Source: Thraustochytrium aureum (taxonomy: Eukaryota). From it: a stretch of 49,667 bases of DNA. The notes under the pieces are model-generated. The model was not told where the DNA came from and did not search any database. It saw only the letters and a list, made by a program, of their open reading frames with translations. Both the position numbers and the translations under genes were made by a program. The stretch is from NCBI GenBank assembly GCA_012862495.1, contig BLSG01000338.1:12382-62048 (forward strand). Direction: 5' to 3'. Shown here in pieces: positions 35,104 through 46,522 of the stretch. The stretch's first letter is position 1; each line of letters opens with the position of its first letter.

Positions 35104-36076
35104 CGCAGCGGTCCGGCCGTGCCGCGATCACTTCCCGGGCCAACCCTGACGAGACCCCGCGCGACCTCGAAGCTCAAACCAGGCCGCGCGGTCAAGCACG
35201 CGGCCTGCCACTGTGTTCCGCCCCGACAACGCACCAGCTCCTCCTCCTCCTCCCCTCCTCCTCCCCCCTTTGCTCCCGGAGCGCCAGCCTGCCCGCAGCG
35301 GCCGCGTTCGGGCTCTGCTGGAGGCACGCACGCAGCCAGCCTCTGTTCGTTCGTCGCCTGCTGCTCCTCCGACGTGCTCAGAGAAAAGTGAAAAAAAAAA
35401 GATTCCGCGAGGAAACTTGAAGAGAGACAAAAGGGAGGAGTGCATGAGACTCCCTGGCACTGGCTTCGGGGACGTTCGGGCGTTGTATCCTCTCAAGAGC
35501 GAGTGGATTCGTCGAGAAACAGCATTGCAGGAAGGTTTCTCAAGAGTTCCGTGGCCTGACTGGACAAGTCTGAAGTTTTGCCGCAACTTGAACTTGAATT
35601 GAGAGAGAGGAGAGTCCACTCCACCTCTCGACGCGCTCTTCCACTGTGGAAAGCCGCGAGGCTCCTGCACACCGCGTTCCCCTCACCATCAATCGTTTGC
35701 GCACACCGAGTTCCCCTCTTTAACCCCCTGTGGTGTGCACTGATTCCGAACGAAGAGGAGGGAGGCGACAGACACCTCGGAGATCACGGCGCTCTTTCTC
35801 TCTCTCACACGGACGGGCAGGCACGGGACGGAGCGGGCCTTGCGAGGCAGACCCCGAACGCGCGGGGCCGGGCGCGGAAGGATCGGAGGCAGGCACAGTT
35901 CGCGGGGTGGCGGCGCGCGCGCGGTGCCGTGGCCGGGCCAACGAACGGACGGGCGCAAGGACACGCCTCGCCAAGTACATAGGTACTCTACCTCGAGGTG
36001 TTTTTTTGTGTTGGTTGCGGCCCTTGCGGGTCCAAGTCGTCGCTCAGCAGCTCGCTCGCGCGCAGGCGAGGGGAGG

Positions 36077-37594
36077 ATGCAGGTCGAAGGAGAGCTGGAT
36101 AGCCGCGAGGACCCGCTGCGGCGAAGCAATGCAAACCCGGTGGTCCTGACCCAGGCGCTGCTCCGCGCGCTGAGACTGGACGGCCAACTCCAGCAGCAGC
36201 TCGCGCAAGTTGCTGGGGAGTGGCGCGAAGGGCTCGTCGGGCCCGCCGTCGCCGAGCAGCGCGAGATGGTGCGGGAAATGGTGCTCCAGGCAGCGTTGGA
36301 GCTGGCAGAAACGGAGGTGGCGCTGCAAAACTTGGAGAGGTCCCAGCCAAGCGTGCCTCCCCCGTGCCAGACCATGGAGGAGCTGCTGAGGCCAGAGCAC
36401 CGGTTCAAGGGAACCATCCAGATCCCGGTCGAGGGCCCGGATCCGTCCGGGTTTGGCCGACGGGCCGAGTACTACATGCACGTGGTTCGCAACTTTACGG
36501 ACGAGTTCGGCGACGAGCACGTCCTCGTGCTCCATGGGGCCCACAGCGACGAGCAAGTGTGCGTTCTGACCAAGAGCGCGACGGATCCGACCGCAGTCAC
36601 CTACAACGACTACGAGACGATTTGCTCGGGCCAGGCAAACTGCAGGGAGGCCTCTCTGCAGGGATCCGTGGAGCAGCTCGTGTACGGGGACGAAGGGTAC
36701 AAAGTGCGCGGAGACGACAATGTAAACCGGTTTTCCCTCCGGCTCGCACTCTCGCCCTACGCAGGCTGTGCCGGCTACGCCGAGCTCGTCGGGTCGCGGC
36801 GCGCATCTCAGCTCAAGCATGCCCTGCTTGTGGCGCTCTACTACTTGCTCAGGAGCCACCCTTTCCTGGGGTCCAACTCGCTGCCCGACCCAGCGATCGC
36901 GCCAGAGCCCCGCATCATGAAGGACCTCGTGTGCCTTTTGTCACAGCTCCCTGCGATGATGCTCCACCACAGCCAGCGCTTGGACCGCGTTCAGTTTGAA
37001 ACGGAGGCGGACAAGCGCGACCAGTTGCAGCGCCTCGCCGAGCAAGGCGTCTCCCGGGCCGCAGCCCAAACGTGCTGGGACGCTGTGTTGCGCCTCTCGC
37101 TTGGGCTTCTGCAACAGGTTGCCTTCACGATCAGGGACGAGCCCACGTCCCACCGCGAAATGACCTCCCTCAAGCAGATCGCCAACAAGCTTCATATGCG
37201 CACCCAGCTGTCATACGGCCGACTGGACAAATCGCTTCGCGAAGTCGAGGCTCGAGTGCCGCTCAAGTGGCTGGACTCTCTGCGCGTGCCCATGGCGCAT
37301 GCGCACGCCATTTCTCTTCAGCCTGAGACGAACTGCTGCATTTGTTTGTGCGCTTTGGGGGACAATGACCGCGACCTCGGCCTCGGAAACCCGGGTGCCA
37401 ATGCGGAAGGGGCGCATGCGACGACTGCAGCTGCTTCGGCTCCCGCAGGCCCTGGGGACGAGTGCGCGCAGGAGCGCTCGGACATCCTCAAGACGCCGTG
37501 CGGGCATCTGTTCCATTACCACTGCGCAACGCCATGGTTTCACCGCCACGAAACGTGCCCGCACTGCCGCGCCACCTGCGTTGCCGCCTCCTGA
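36077..37594 (+). CDS. C-terminal RING-H2 protein (putative E3 ligase)
   Basis: CCIC-x51-CGHLFHYHC..W..HETCPHC. Confidence 0.8.
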   Translation: MQVEGELDSREDPLRRSNANPVVLTQALLRALRLDGQLQQQLAQVAGEWREGLVGPAVAEQREMVREMVLQAALELAETEVALQNLERSQPSVPPPCQTMEELLRPEHRFKGTIQIPVEGPDPSGFGRRAEYYMHVVRNFTDEFGDEHVLVLHGAHSDEQVCVLTKSATDPTAVTYNDYETICSGQANCREASLQGSVEQLVYGDEGYKVRGDDNVNRFSLRLALSPYAGCAGYAELVGSRRASQLKHALLVALYYLLRSHPFLGSNSLPDPAIAPEPRIMKDLVCLLSQLPAMMLHHSQRLDRVQFETEADKRDQLQRLAEQGVSRAAAQTCWDAVLRLSLGLLQQVAFTIRDEPTSHREMTSLKQIANKLHMRTQLSYGRLDKSLREVEARVPLKWLDSLRVPMAHAHAISLQPETNCCICLCALGDNDRDLGLGNPGANAEGAHATTAAASAPAGPGDECAQERSDILKTPCGHLFHYHCATPWFHRHETCPHCRATCVAAS

Positions 37595-37815
37595 GCAGCG
37601 CCGGGGCGGCGTACATGCGCGGCCGACCGATCGTGGCGCCTACCGCACAGCCATTTGAGCTCCGTGCTTCGGCGATGCGAATTATGTTGCACCCGGACCG
37701 CTCCGGCCGCCGCGCGTTCAACTGTCTGTCATTCAACTGTAGACTTACACAAGCTCGAGTCAAGTGTCCTCGAGATTTCTGAAAGAAGGAAAAGCGAAGC
37801 CAGTTTGAAGATCTG

Positions 37816-39347
37816 TCAATTAAAGTCAAAGTCGCTATCGTCGCGCAGCTCGCCAGCGCCAGCGGCTTCGTCCCCGTACGCCGCAAAGTCGTGCTCCAAG
37901 TGCGCGCGGCGCGCCTTCAGCGAGGCCAAAAAGGCAGCCCGCTTGCTGTCCTGCTCGGCCGCATGGCGCAGCTTTTCCACGCTGGTCATCGGCGCCGGCT
38001 CTCCTTCCGTGTTGTGATGCTGCAGCCTGTTGCGCGAGTTTCCGTTGGCACTGCCGAATCCAGCAGGTCCGGCAGAACTCGGTGCGGTGGCGTCCTCGAA
38101 GCTGTCGCCAGCAGAATAACTTGCCGACTTGCGCAAGCGCGCGAGCGACTGCTTGCGCGTCTCCAGTTCGCCGAGGGCCTCCGTGGCCGCCTTGCTGGCT
38201 CGATCGCGCAGCAATAGGTCGCGGTAGCAGACCTCCTCAAGCGCGAGCAGCTTGGCAAGCTGCTGGTCCGACTTGGCGGCCGACTGGCTTTCACACAATA
38301 GGCGCACAACCCTGGCCGTGTCAAAGTGCGCCCGGAGCGAGGCGGCCCGATCGCGGCCGCGCTGCACATCGCTGCACCGCCGCATGGCGGCCGCGCTCGC
38401 CTCCGCAGCGGACGAGTTGCTGGTCGACGCGGCGCTCGGTGCGATCGCAAACGAAACGCTGTTGGCCCCGCCTGTGCCGCCGGTGCCTTGGACCCCAAAC
38501 GCTTGCTCNNNNNNNNNNNNNNNNNNNNNNNNNNNNNNNNNNNNNNNNNNNNNNNNNNNNNNNNNNNNNNNNNNNNNNNNNNNNNNNNNNNNNNNNNNNN
38601 NNNNNNNNNNNNNNNNNNNNNNNNNNNNNNNNNNNNNNNNNNNNNNNNNNNNNNNNNNNNNNNNNNNNNNNNNNNNNNNNNNNNNNNNNNNNNNNNNNNN
38701 NNNNNNNNNNNNNNNNNNNNNNNNNNNNNNNNNNNNNNNNNNNNNNNNNNNNNNNNNNNNNNNNNNNNNNNNNNNNNNNNNNNNNNNNNNNNNNNNNNNN
38801 NNNNNNNNNNNNNNNNNNNNNNNNNNNNNNNNNNNGCAAGGGCAACAGCGGCCTCCTCTGCTCGGGTCTCTTGGCCGACCTGGGCAGCGGAAAACAACAA
38901 GAGCCGGTGCAGAGCGGGGAGCTTTTTCCTAACGTGCGCCTGCGCAGCGTAGCTCGTTTCAAAGGCCTCCTCGAAGCGCTGCACAAGCAGCAGCATACGC
39001 GCTCTGCTCAGCCAAGCCGCTTCCATGGTAGGTTGCGCCTCCGCTGCCTTCCCAAACGCCTCTGCGGCCTCGTCAAACTGCCGAAGCGCTTTGCACGCGG
39101 TGCCGCGTTTGAACCATGCCGTCGCGTTCTCGGCGTCGCGTTCCAGCGCAGCGTCAAAACAATCGATCGCGTCTTCAAACCTGCGCAGCCCGTGGAGCGC
39201 CGCGCCGCGCTGGACTTGATACGCCGCGTTGCGCTGCACTTTGCTGTAGGCTGCGGTGGCGAGATCGTACTGCTCGAGCGCCGCCGCCCACGCGCGGCAG
39301 CGCAGCAGCTCGTTCGCTTTCGCCAAGCACGACTGTGCCTCCTGCAT
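37816..39347 (-). CDS. TPR-repeat protein (gap 38509-38835)
   Basis: TPR consensus in AYQVQRGAALHGLRRFEDAIDCFDAALERDAENATAWFKRGTACKALRQFDEAAEAFGKA. The C-terminal part ends ...DDSDFDFN*. Confidence 0.8.
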
Positions 39348-40242
39348 CGCGGCCCGCCCGCGTCACATGCAAGTAGGCGAGTACTCGAGAACTGGGTACT
39401 CTACCTGGTGCGACGCCAGAACAGCAGTTTGTTGTCGGGCGAAAGGGCGCCGAGTTGTCCAACCAATCCAACCAAACCCAACCGTGACTTTTCTTGACAG
39501 AGGAGACGAGTCTGGAGAATGCTTCGTCTGATCTGGGTCAAGTCTGGGCCTTTCTCTCGGGCCGAGCCGCTCCAGCTCAGATCTGTTGATCCAGGCATGA
39601 CAGAGACCACGCTGCGCGGGGCGACTCGTTCCAGTCCGACTGGGCGCGCATGACTGCCACGTACTCTAGAGGGCGTGCTACAAAGCCTATCGCGATCATC
39701 AAGTCATGATCGCCACAGGTGTTTTGGGTTGGGCCCCGAGGCTCGTTCAGGTTGACGTCCTCGCCATCTTTCAGAGCCATCACTGGAGTTGGTTCCCGTG
39801 GACTGGTACTCCGAAGCACTGTGGACAATCACGATGAAATCCAGTTCCTGCGAACCGGTAGCACTAGCTCTAGCTAGAGAGGTACCACTTACTGTACCCA
39901 GTTGAGCAAGTGAAGTCTTTCCGACGAGTCCGGGTGGCGCTCGCCAGCGGCCTGGTGACGCAGCGCATCCGCACATCAACTCCGCCGAAATCGGCTCCTC
40001 CTTGGGACTCCTTCCTTGGGCTGAGAGTCATGGGACTCGCATCTCAAGATCAAGTCAAGATAAATAGGCGAGGTTTAAAGTATATTGCATCTAGGAAGCC
40101 TTGAAGGTCAGTATCCCAGTATCCCTACAGTAACGAAAGATCCAGTTGTTTACGAGCGCAGCTCTCCAGACCACGACAGACCGGCAACAAGCTCAGCGCC
40201 AGGCAGGCAGGCAGGCAGGCAGAGACAGGCAGATAGCGAAGG

Positions 40243-42317
40243 ATGTCGGAGGTTCCGATCAACGTGGTGATCCCCATGGGAGGCCTGGGGTCGAGGTTTT
40301 TCAACGACGGATACCGCTTTCCCAAGCCGCTTTTGAACATCACGGGGCGGCCGGTGCTGCTGTGGCTCCTGGACAACCTGGCCCTGAAAGAAGGCACTGA
40401 CACCTTGTGGATCGCGCTGCCGGCGGAGATCGAAGACAGCTTCATGCTCTCGCTTCGCGTGAAGAAAGAGTACCCGAAGCTTGATGTGAGGTGCATCACC
40501 CTCAAGTTCCAAACGCGAGGCGCCGCAGAAACGCTGTTTGCTGTGGTGCAGAGCATGGACGAAGAGCACCTGGGCCGGCGGACGATCTCGCTCGACTGCG
40601 ACACGATCTACTTTACAGACATCCTGTCCACCTTTCGCTCCCTGCCCAGCAACACGCACGCGTCCTGCTACTTTCACGACAACGAGGGCGTGCCGATCTT
40701 TTCGTACCTGAAACTCGACGACGAAGACCGCGTCCTTGACGTCCGCGAAAAGGAGGCCATCTCTCAAAACGCCAACACTGGCGCATACGGCTTTGGCAGC
40801 GCCCGCCGGCTAAAAGATGTGGCGCAGGCGATGGTCGATTCCGCTGGGGAGCGAAGGGCGAGTACTACACGAGCGGGCTCCTCAAGATCCTTATCGACTG
40901 TGGCGAAGACGTGCGTGGCATCTACGTGGACTCGATGGCGTGCGTGGGAACACCCAGCAAATGCAAGCCTTCCTTGCGACTCTGCTGGCGCCCCCGAGGC
41001 GCAACCGCGAGAGCGGTGAACTGTCGGCCGAGCCGTCTGGGATCGACCTCCTCGCAAAACACCGAAAAGCGAAGGTTTTGCTTTGACCTGGATGGGACGC
41101 TTGTGACGTTCCCGACCATCTCGGGCGACTACAGCTCAGTGATGCCCATCTGGAGCAACATTGAGCTCGTGCGCCAGCTCCACCGCGCAGGGCACACGAT
41201 AATCATCCAAACCGCTCGGCGCATGAAGACGCACGGCGGCAACGTAGCCGCCGTGCTGGCCGATATCGGCCGTGTCACCTTTGACAGCCTCGAAAAGTTT
41301 GGGGTGCCGTACGACGAAATCATCTTTGGCAAGCCCTGGGCTGACGTGTACGTTGACGACAACGCCGTGCACGCGCAGTTGGACACGCACCGCGAGATCG
41401 GTTGGGCGAAACCCGACGAAGGCGGCGAGGAGGTTCCCAAGGGATTTGTGCCTGCTAGAGCGTTCCACAGCCTCGTCGTAACCAACGACGAAGTCACAAA
41501 GACGGGCCCGCACAGCACTATGGACGGGGAGATCTTCTTTTACCAGAACATTCCGAGCAGCCTCGCAGACCTGTTTCCGTCTCTGCGTGGCGTGCAGGAA
41601 GTTGTCGGGCACGAGGACCGAATCTCGCTGAGCATCTCGCGAATCCAGGACTGCACCTCGCTTTCTCACATGTTGCTCAACCGCTGCGTCACGAAGACGA
41701 CAGTCTGCCGTGTGCTCGAGGCGCTGAACCGCATTCACACCTTCGAATCGGATAGCACCAGGGTCCCCGAGGACAAGTACGTCTACCTCAACTACAGCAA
41801 AAAGTTGCACCAGCGCGCCAAAAGGTTCAAGGAGGTCGGCCAGCCGGACGCGCAGCCCGTCGTGGACGACTGCCTGTTCCGCCTGGACAAGTTTGAGAAG
41901 GAGCGCCGCGCCGTGCCAGTCGCTGTGATCCACGGCGACCCGGTGTTTTCCAACATTGTCGTGTGCCGTGATTCGACGATCAAGTTTTTCGACATGCGTG
42001 GTGCTCTGGGCGACGTGCTCTGCATTGGCGGAGACCGTCTCTACGACTTTGCCAAGGTTTTCCAGTCGCTTCTCGGCTACGACATGTGGATCCTGGACCA
42101 GGATGTCGACGCTATCAGCGCGACGTACCTCGCTGGGCTGCAGCAGTGCTTCTGGGCCTGGATCGCGGACAATCTGTCCAAGGTACACGCCGAGGACATC
42201 AAGATCATCACCGCGTCGCTGTTGCTGAGCGCGGCTCCCATGCACGCCAAGGCCCGTCACAGTTCGCAATTTGTGAAAGTGGCCGCTCAACTGCTCGGTC
42301 GCACTGTAGGCAAGTGA
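40243..42317 (+). CDS. Tri-domain nucleotidyltransferase + HAD phosphatase (capsule BcbF/EcbF-like) + APH/choline-kinase-like phosphotransferase (frameshift near 40846)
   Basis: Nucleotidyltransferase: VVIPMGGLGSRF..FPKPLLNI, TRGAAET, SLDCDT, VREKEAIS..ANTGAYGF, then GEYYTS..VGTP. HAD: RFCFDLDGTL, IIIQTARRM, YDEIIFGKPWADVYVDD. Kinase: IHGDPVFSNI, FFDMRG, GDRLYDFAK. Confidence 0.85.
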
Positions 42318-42802
42318 ACGTGTGCCAGCACCACTGCAGGAGGGAGAGAATGGGTGGGTGAGTGAGTGTCTGGAGTCTCTGGACTCTTCTTTCTTTTTCA
42401 TTTCGATATTGAAAGAGTAATTGATGCAGACAGCGATCTTCGTTGCAACAACCAACAACACTACCGGTAGCACATGCCACCTTTTCTTCTTCGTCGGCCA
42501 CATGCCTCAAAAATAAAAATTGGAGGCACAGCTAGGTAGGCCTACGCTCGGGAGCTACTGGTTCATCTTTCATTTCTCTTGCTTGCCTGCATCCCTCAAC
42601 CCGTTGCGCCACAGAAACTGACTGCCATGCGCGTTTGCAGCTATTTGGTTGCCCCGCAGCCCCTGCAGAACCCGAGTACTCCACGGAGCCTTTTCGACCT
42701 TCCGCAGCCACTGACAGGTCAACCATCTTCCAGTTGGCGCAAGGCGAGATGGTTCTGGACAGCCCTCCTAAACAAACCTTGGTGTTTGTCTTTACGAGAG
42801 CA

Positions 42803-45193
42803 CTACAGATGCGCACAAAACTCGCTGTCCTTGTATGGCGAGTTCGCGTTGATACGGTTGAACGACCGCATGATCGTGCATTCGAGTAGCGCTGTACTGT
42901 TCTTCCAAAACGCGAGGCGCCACCGCCCCAAATCCTGCTGCTGTTTGAGAAGGCGGGCTGGGTCGTTGAGGAGATTTGTCATCAGCTTGGGCCACTCGTC
43001 CCACGCTTTAAGGAAAACAAACGGAGCACCGGACTCGATAAACGGCGCGTAGGCCTCCTGGCAAGCCGCGTTCTGGTATGTTTCGTCCATGCAGAGCACC
43101 GGGATGGAGCCAGCGTCAATCGCTTCGAAAATGCGGTACGACTCTGGGTTCCCGCCGATTGGCGCCAAAGTGAACACCGAGTCTAGCAGCACCCTGCGGT
43201 AATCGCTTGGCTTGCTGTAGGCGTCAGAAGCGAGGAACTTGTCAAACTTGCGGAAGGACTGCACGACACTCTTGCCCATCATGGGGTAATCCTTGGCCGT
43301 TTGTGGGTCATCCAGGAGGGACACGAGGTGCTTGCGCGAGACACTGGTAAGGCTGCCCTGAAAGTTGAAGTGAAGCGGGCGCTTGTGCGCATCAACAATC
43401 TCGGCAGGGTCCACGGGGCGCCACTCGAAGCGCGTCCCAATCGGGAGGTACCCAATTTGGTAGGACCTGCTGTAATAATTGTGAAGCTTGACCTTCGAAT
43501 TGGGCCCACAGGCGGTACCAACCAAGGGCGAGCAATCGCAGCCCTCGTCGCCGATGAGCAGAATCGGGCCATCTTTTACGGTGCNNNNNNNNNNNNNNNN
43601 NNNNNNNNNNNNNNNNNNNNNNNNNNNNNNNNNNNNNNNNNNNNNNNNNNNNNNNNNNNNNNNNNNNNNNNNNNNNNNNNNNNNNNNNNNNNNNNNNNNN
43701 NNNNNNNNNNNNNNNNNNNNNNNNNNNNNNNNNNNNNNNNNNNNNNNNNNNNNNNNNNNNNNNNNNNNNNNNNNNNNNNNNNNNNNNNNNNNNNNNNNNN
43801 NNNNNNNNNNNNNNNNNNNNNNNNNNNNNNNNNNNNNNNNNNNNNNNNNNNNNNNNNNNNNNNNNNNNNNNNNNNNNNNNNNNNNNNNNNNNNNNNNNNN
43901 NNNNNNNNNNNNNNNNNNNNNNNNNNNNNNNNNNNNNNNNNNNNNNNNNNNNNNNNNNNNNNNNNNNGGCGGGTTGGTGTCCAGCATGGGCTTGAAGGCG
44001 TCGCGACAGCGCGCGTTCCAGTACGAATCGTCGAGACTGAGAACCGGGATGGAGCCCGCGTCGATCGCCTCATAGATTCGGAACGCCTCCGGAGACTGGC
44101 CGGAGGGGCAAAGCGTAAAGGCCGAGTCGAGGAGCGCCTCGCGGTACTCGTTGGGGGTGGCGTAGGCGCTCGACTTGACGATGTACCGGTCCCACTTGCG
44201 CTTGTACTCGACCTTGCCTCGCTTGAGCACGGGAAATCTGCTCTGCAAGCCCTTGCTTTCAAGGACCTTCACTAGCCCGGCCCGCGACGGGCTAGTGAGC
44301 GAGCCCTGGAAGTTGAACGCAAGGGGGCGCAGCGAGGCGGGTTTGATCTCGCGAAACTTGACCGCATTCCATTCGAATCGCGGGCCCAAAGGGATCCAGT
44401 CTACAGTGGACTTTGTGCTAAAGTACTGGTGGAAGTACACCTTGGTGTCCCAGCTGTGGTTGCCGTTGCAAACGCCGAAAGGGCACCCGCAATACTCGTC
44501 CCCAACCACGACTTTGACCCCGCCGCGCGGGACGTTCAGGTCTTCGCGCGCCTCGTATCGCGTCAAGGTCCAGAGCTGCGGCCAGCTCGGATCACACTTG
44601 GCCGGGTGTTGCGGAGGGTTGAATGTCTCTCGCGAAATCTGGCCGATGTCGTAGTACTCTTTGAGCGCTTTGCCCATCTCCGGTTCGATGTAAAACTCAA
44701 GTTCGCTCCCCCATTCGCGCAGGTAGTTGAGCAAGAACAGTGAGTTTTTTTGCGGCTCCTTCTTGTGCGACATGAGGCAAACCCTTACTGGTGCCGATTT
44801 CGAAGGTCGTGCAGAGTACTCGAAGACGTTCCTCTCGCCATCCTGAGGATTCCACGGCACGTAATCCGTTTCGCCATCTTTTGACATGCCAAACATGAGG
44901 CCTAAAAGCAAGACCACGCCCAAGATCACGCCCAGTGCGCGCACGGACCGCATCTTCTCGGCCAGCGAGGCCGGATGTTCGGTACCGGGGTTGGCCTCCA
45001 CCGCAAACCCAGCATCGCTTTCCGCGTCGCCTCCCGCATCGCTTTCCGCGTTGCTTCCCGCATCGCTTTCCGCGTTGCTTTCCGCGTTGCTTTCCGCCCT
45101 ATCATCCTCCGGCTTGACATCCTCTGCAACCTCTTCCATCGGGACATCATGATCGTCTTCCGTTTCCGCGGCGACCTTGGCATACCCGCTCAT
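42803..45193 (-). CDS. Type II membrane glycosyltransferase with two RXYLT1(TMEM5)/exostosin GT47-like domains (gap 43585-43967)
   Basis: TM segment ALGVILGVVLLLGLMFGM. Domain 1: GDEYC, WIPLGPR, RPLAFNFQGS, YREALLDSAFTLCPSGQSPEAFRIYEAIDAGSIPV. Domain 2: GDEGC, YLPIGTR, RPLHFNFQGS, YRRVLLDSVFTLAPIGGNPESYRIFEAIDAGSIPV. Start uncertain (45193 or 45265). Confidence 0.8.
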   Translation of the reverse strand: MSGYAKVAAETEDDHDVPMEEVAEDVKPEDDRAESNAESNAESDAGSNAESDAGGDAESDAGFAVEANPGTEHPASLAEKMRSVRALGVILGVVLLLGLMFGMSKDGETDYVPWNPQDGERNVFEYSARPSKSAPVRVCLMSHKKEPQKNSLFLLNYLREWGSELEFYIEPEMGKALKEYYDIGQISRETFNPPQHPAKCDPSWPQLWTLTRYEAREDLNVPRGGVKVVVGDEYCGCPFGVCNGNHSWDTKVYFHQYFSTKSTVDWIPLGPRFEWNAVKFREIKPASLRPLAFNFQGSLTSPSRAGLVKVLESKGLQSRFPVLKRGKVEYKRKWDRYIVKSSAYATPNEYREALLDSAFTLCPSGQSPEAFRIYEAIDAGSIPVLSLDDSYWNARCRDAFKPMLDTNPXXXXXXXXXXXXXXXXXXXXXXXXXXXXXXXXXXXXXXXXXXXXXXXXXXXXXXXXXXXXXXXXXXXXXXXXXXXXXXXXXXXXXXXXXXXXXXXXXXXXXXXXXXXXXXXXXXXXXXXXXXXXXXXXXTVKDGPILLIGDEGCDCSPLVGTACGPNSKVKLHNYYSRSYQIGYLPIGTRFEWRPVDPAEIVDAHKRPLHFNFQGSLTSVSRKHLVSLLDDPQTAKDYPMMGKSVVQSFRKFDKFLASDAYSKPSDYRRVLLDSVFTLAPIGGNPESYRIFEAIDAGSIPVLCMDETYQNAACQEAYAPFIESGAPFVFLKAWDEWPKLMTNLLNDPARLLKQQQDLGRWRLAFWKNSTALLECTIMRSFNRINANSPYKDSEFCAHL
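45011..45097 (-). repeat. Coding 12-bp minisatellite (AESN/AESD/AGSN) in the glycosyltransferase cytoplasmic tail
   Basis: About 7 imperfect units of gctttccgcgtt, encoding AESNAESNAESDAGSNAESDAGGDAESDAG. Confidence 0.85.
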
Positions 45194-45840
45194 GTCATCC
45201 CCGCCAAGCCACGCTGGCAAAACGTCTTCGAGCGCCGGCCCCCCGTCCGACAGGGCGTTGCCCATCTCGACCCAGCTCAAGTCGACCAGCAACGGCTTGC
45301 GCCGGCCGTCCACAGCAACGCACGGGTCTTGCGCGCCTCGCCGCGGATACCTCAGTGCCAGCCAGCAGTCTTGGCCAACTGCGACGACTTCCACGCCGCG
45401 GGGATCTGCCACGCCCCACGCCGAGCGCGACGCAGGTCGGGGACCACCACGCGAGCGACGACAAGCAGCGCTGTTAGGGACTAAGCTCCAGACTGGTGGG
45501 TCGAGTTGAGGAGGACGCCGGGCGGGGCAACAGAGACGTCTCGCCCTCGTTCACGGCGGTACCCGAAACCGAGTCCTTCGCGTCTGGACTGTTGCCGGGG
45601 AAACATTGGAATGCCTTTGTCGGCGCCAGGAATCGATCGCTCCGAACTCTGTCGAATCCTCATCACACATCACCGGTGGCGAGCCAGCCCCAAGTTGACT
45701 TCGAAAGAGACTCGTGAGGATGGTCTTGAAGGCCTGCCGGCTCCAACAGTGCAAGCGCTCGCGTTCGTTCGTTCCTTTTCAGCCACAGTCGGGCATGTTG
45801 CGGGGGCTCGCTCTGCCCCTCCTTGTTCCACGGCCTTTGT

Positions 45841-45971
45841 TTCGTGCGCTTGATTCTGAACGAACAAGAGATTGATTGATTCGAGAAGCGTGAGCCATCG
45901 CAGGAGTATTGAAAAAATATTGAAAATAGAACAGGTCAAGAGTGCGAGAAACGAACGAACAGCGAAGTCAC
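45841..45971. repeat. Direct repeat copy 1 (partner 48473-48583), upstream of the glycosyltransferase
   Basis: cgcttgattctgaacgaacaagagattga..tgagccatcgcagg..tattgaaaatagaacaggtcaagagtgc..aacgaac..agtcac is shared by both copies. Confidence 0.92.
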
Positions 45972-46522
45972 CTGCGAAAGCACTTGCACGTTGTGAACCC
46001 GGCAAGCGAGCCAGCCCCACAGACGCATCCAACCTCGACACGTTGCCTTTGATGGACGGCAAAGACCCGTGGTGGGTGTGGTGCTTGGGCCGAGCAGAGG
46101 GGTGCTCTGAGGAGCCGGCTTGAGCCAAGCCGTTCGACCTGCCGTTGGCGGCGGTGGTGGTATCGTGTCAAGCGGAAGAAGAGGCTCATGTCACTGAGTA
46201 AGTTGATCGCGAAAGGTCAGCAGGCGCCACGCACCACCCTTAGCAAAAGCAACGCATAGCCTCTAGCTAGACTGTTCTGCGCCACGGAGTCTGCTGAGCG
46301 CGATTGCAGCCGCGGACTGGAACAGTGGACGAGGGATGCTCAGCGCTGACATGTCAGTGTGACACTCGAACCCGAAGCAAGGAGTCGGTTTCTGTGATGA
46401 AATGCGGTGCGACGAAAGACGACGCCGCTCAAGGGATAGTGTTTCTGTTTAGCGTCGAACTCTACAAGCTTCACGCGACAAAAATTGAAGCCCAGATTGG
46501 CAATGGCCTACCTTGCCGTTTC

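Noticed and set aside
46207..46215. TCGCGAAAG match to the terminus of the repeat arm
   Set aside because: Only 9 bp with no extension, compatible with chance.
46394..46400. Box C-like GTGATGA (snoRNA)
   Set aside because: No box D or terminal stem at a suitable distance.
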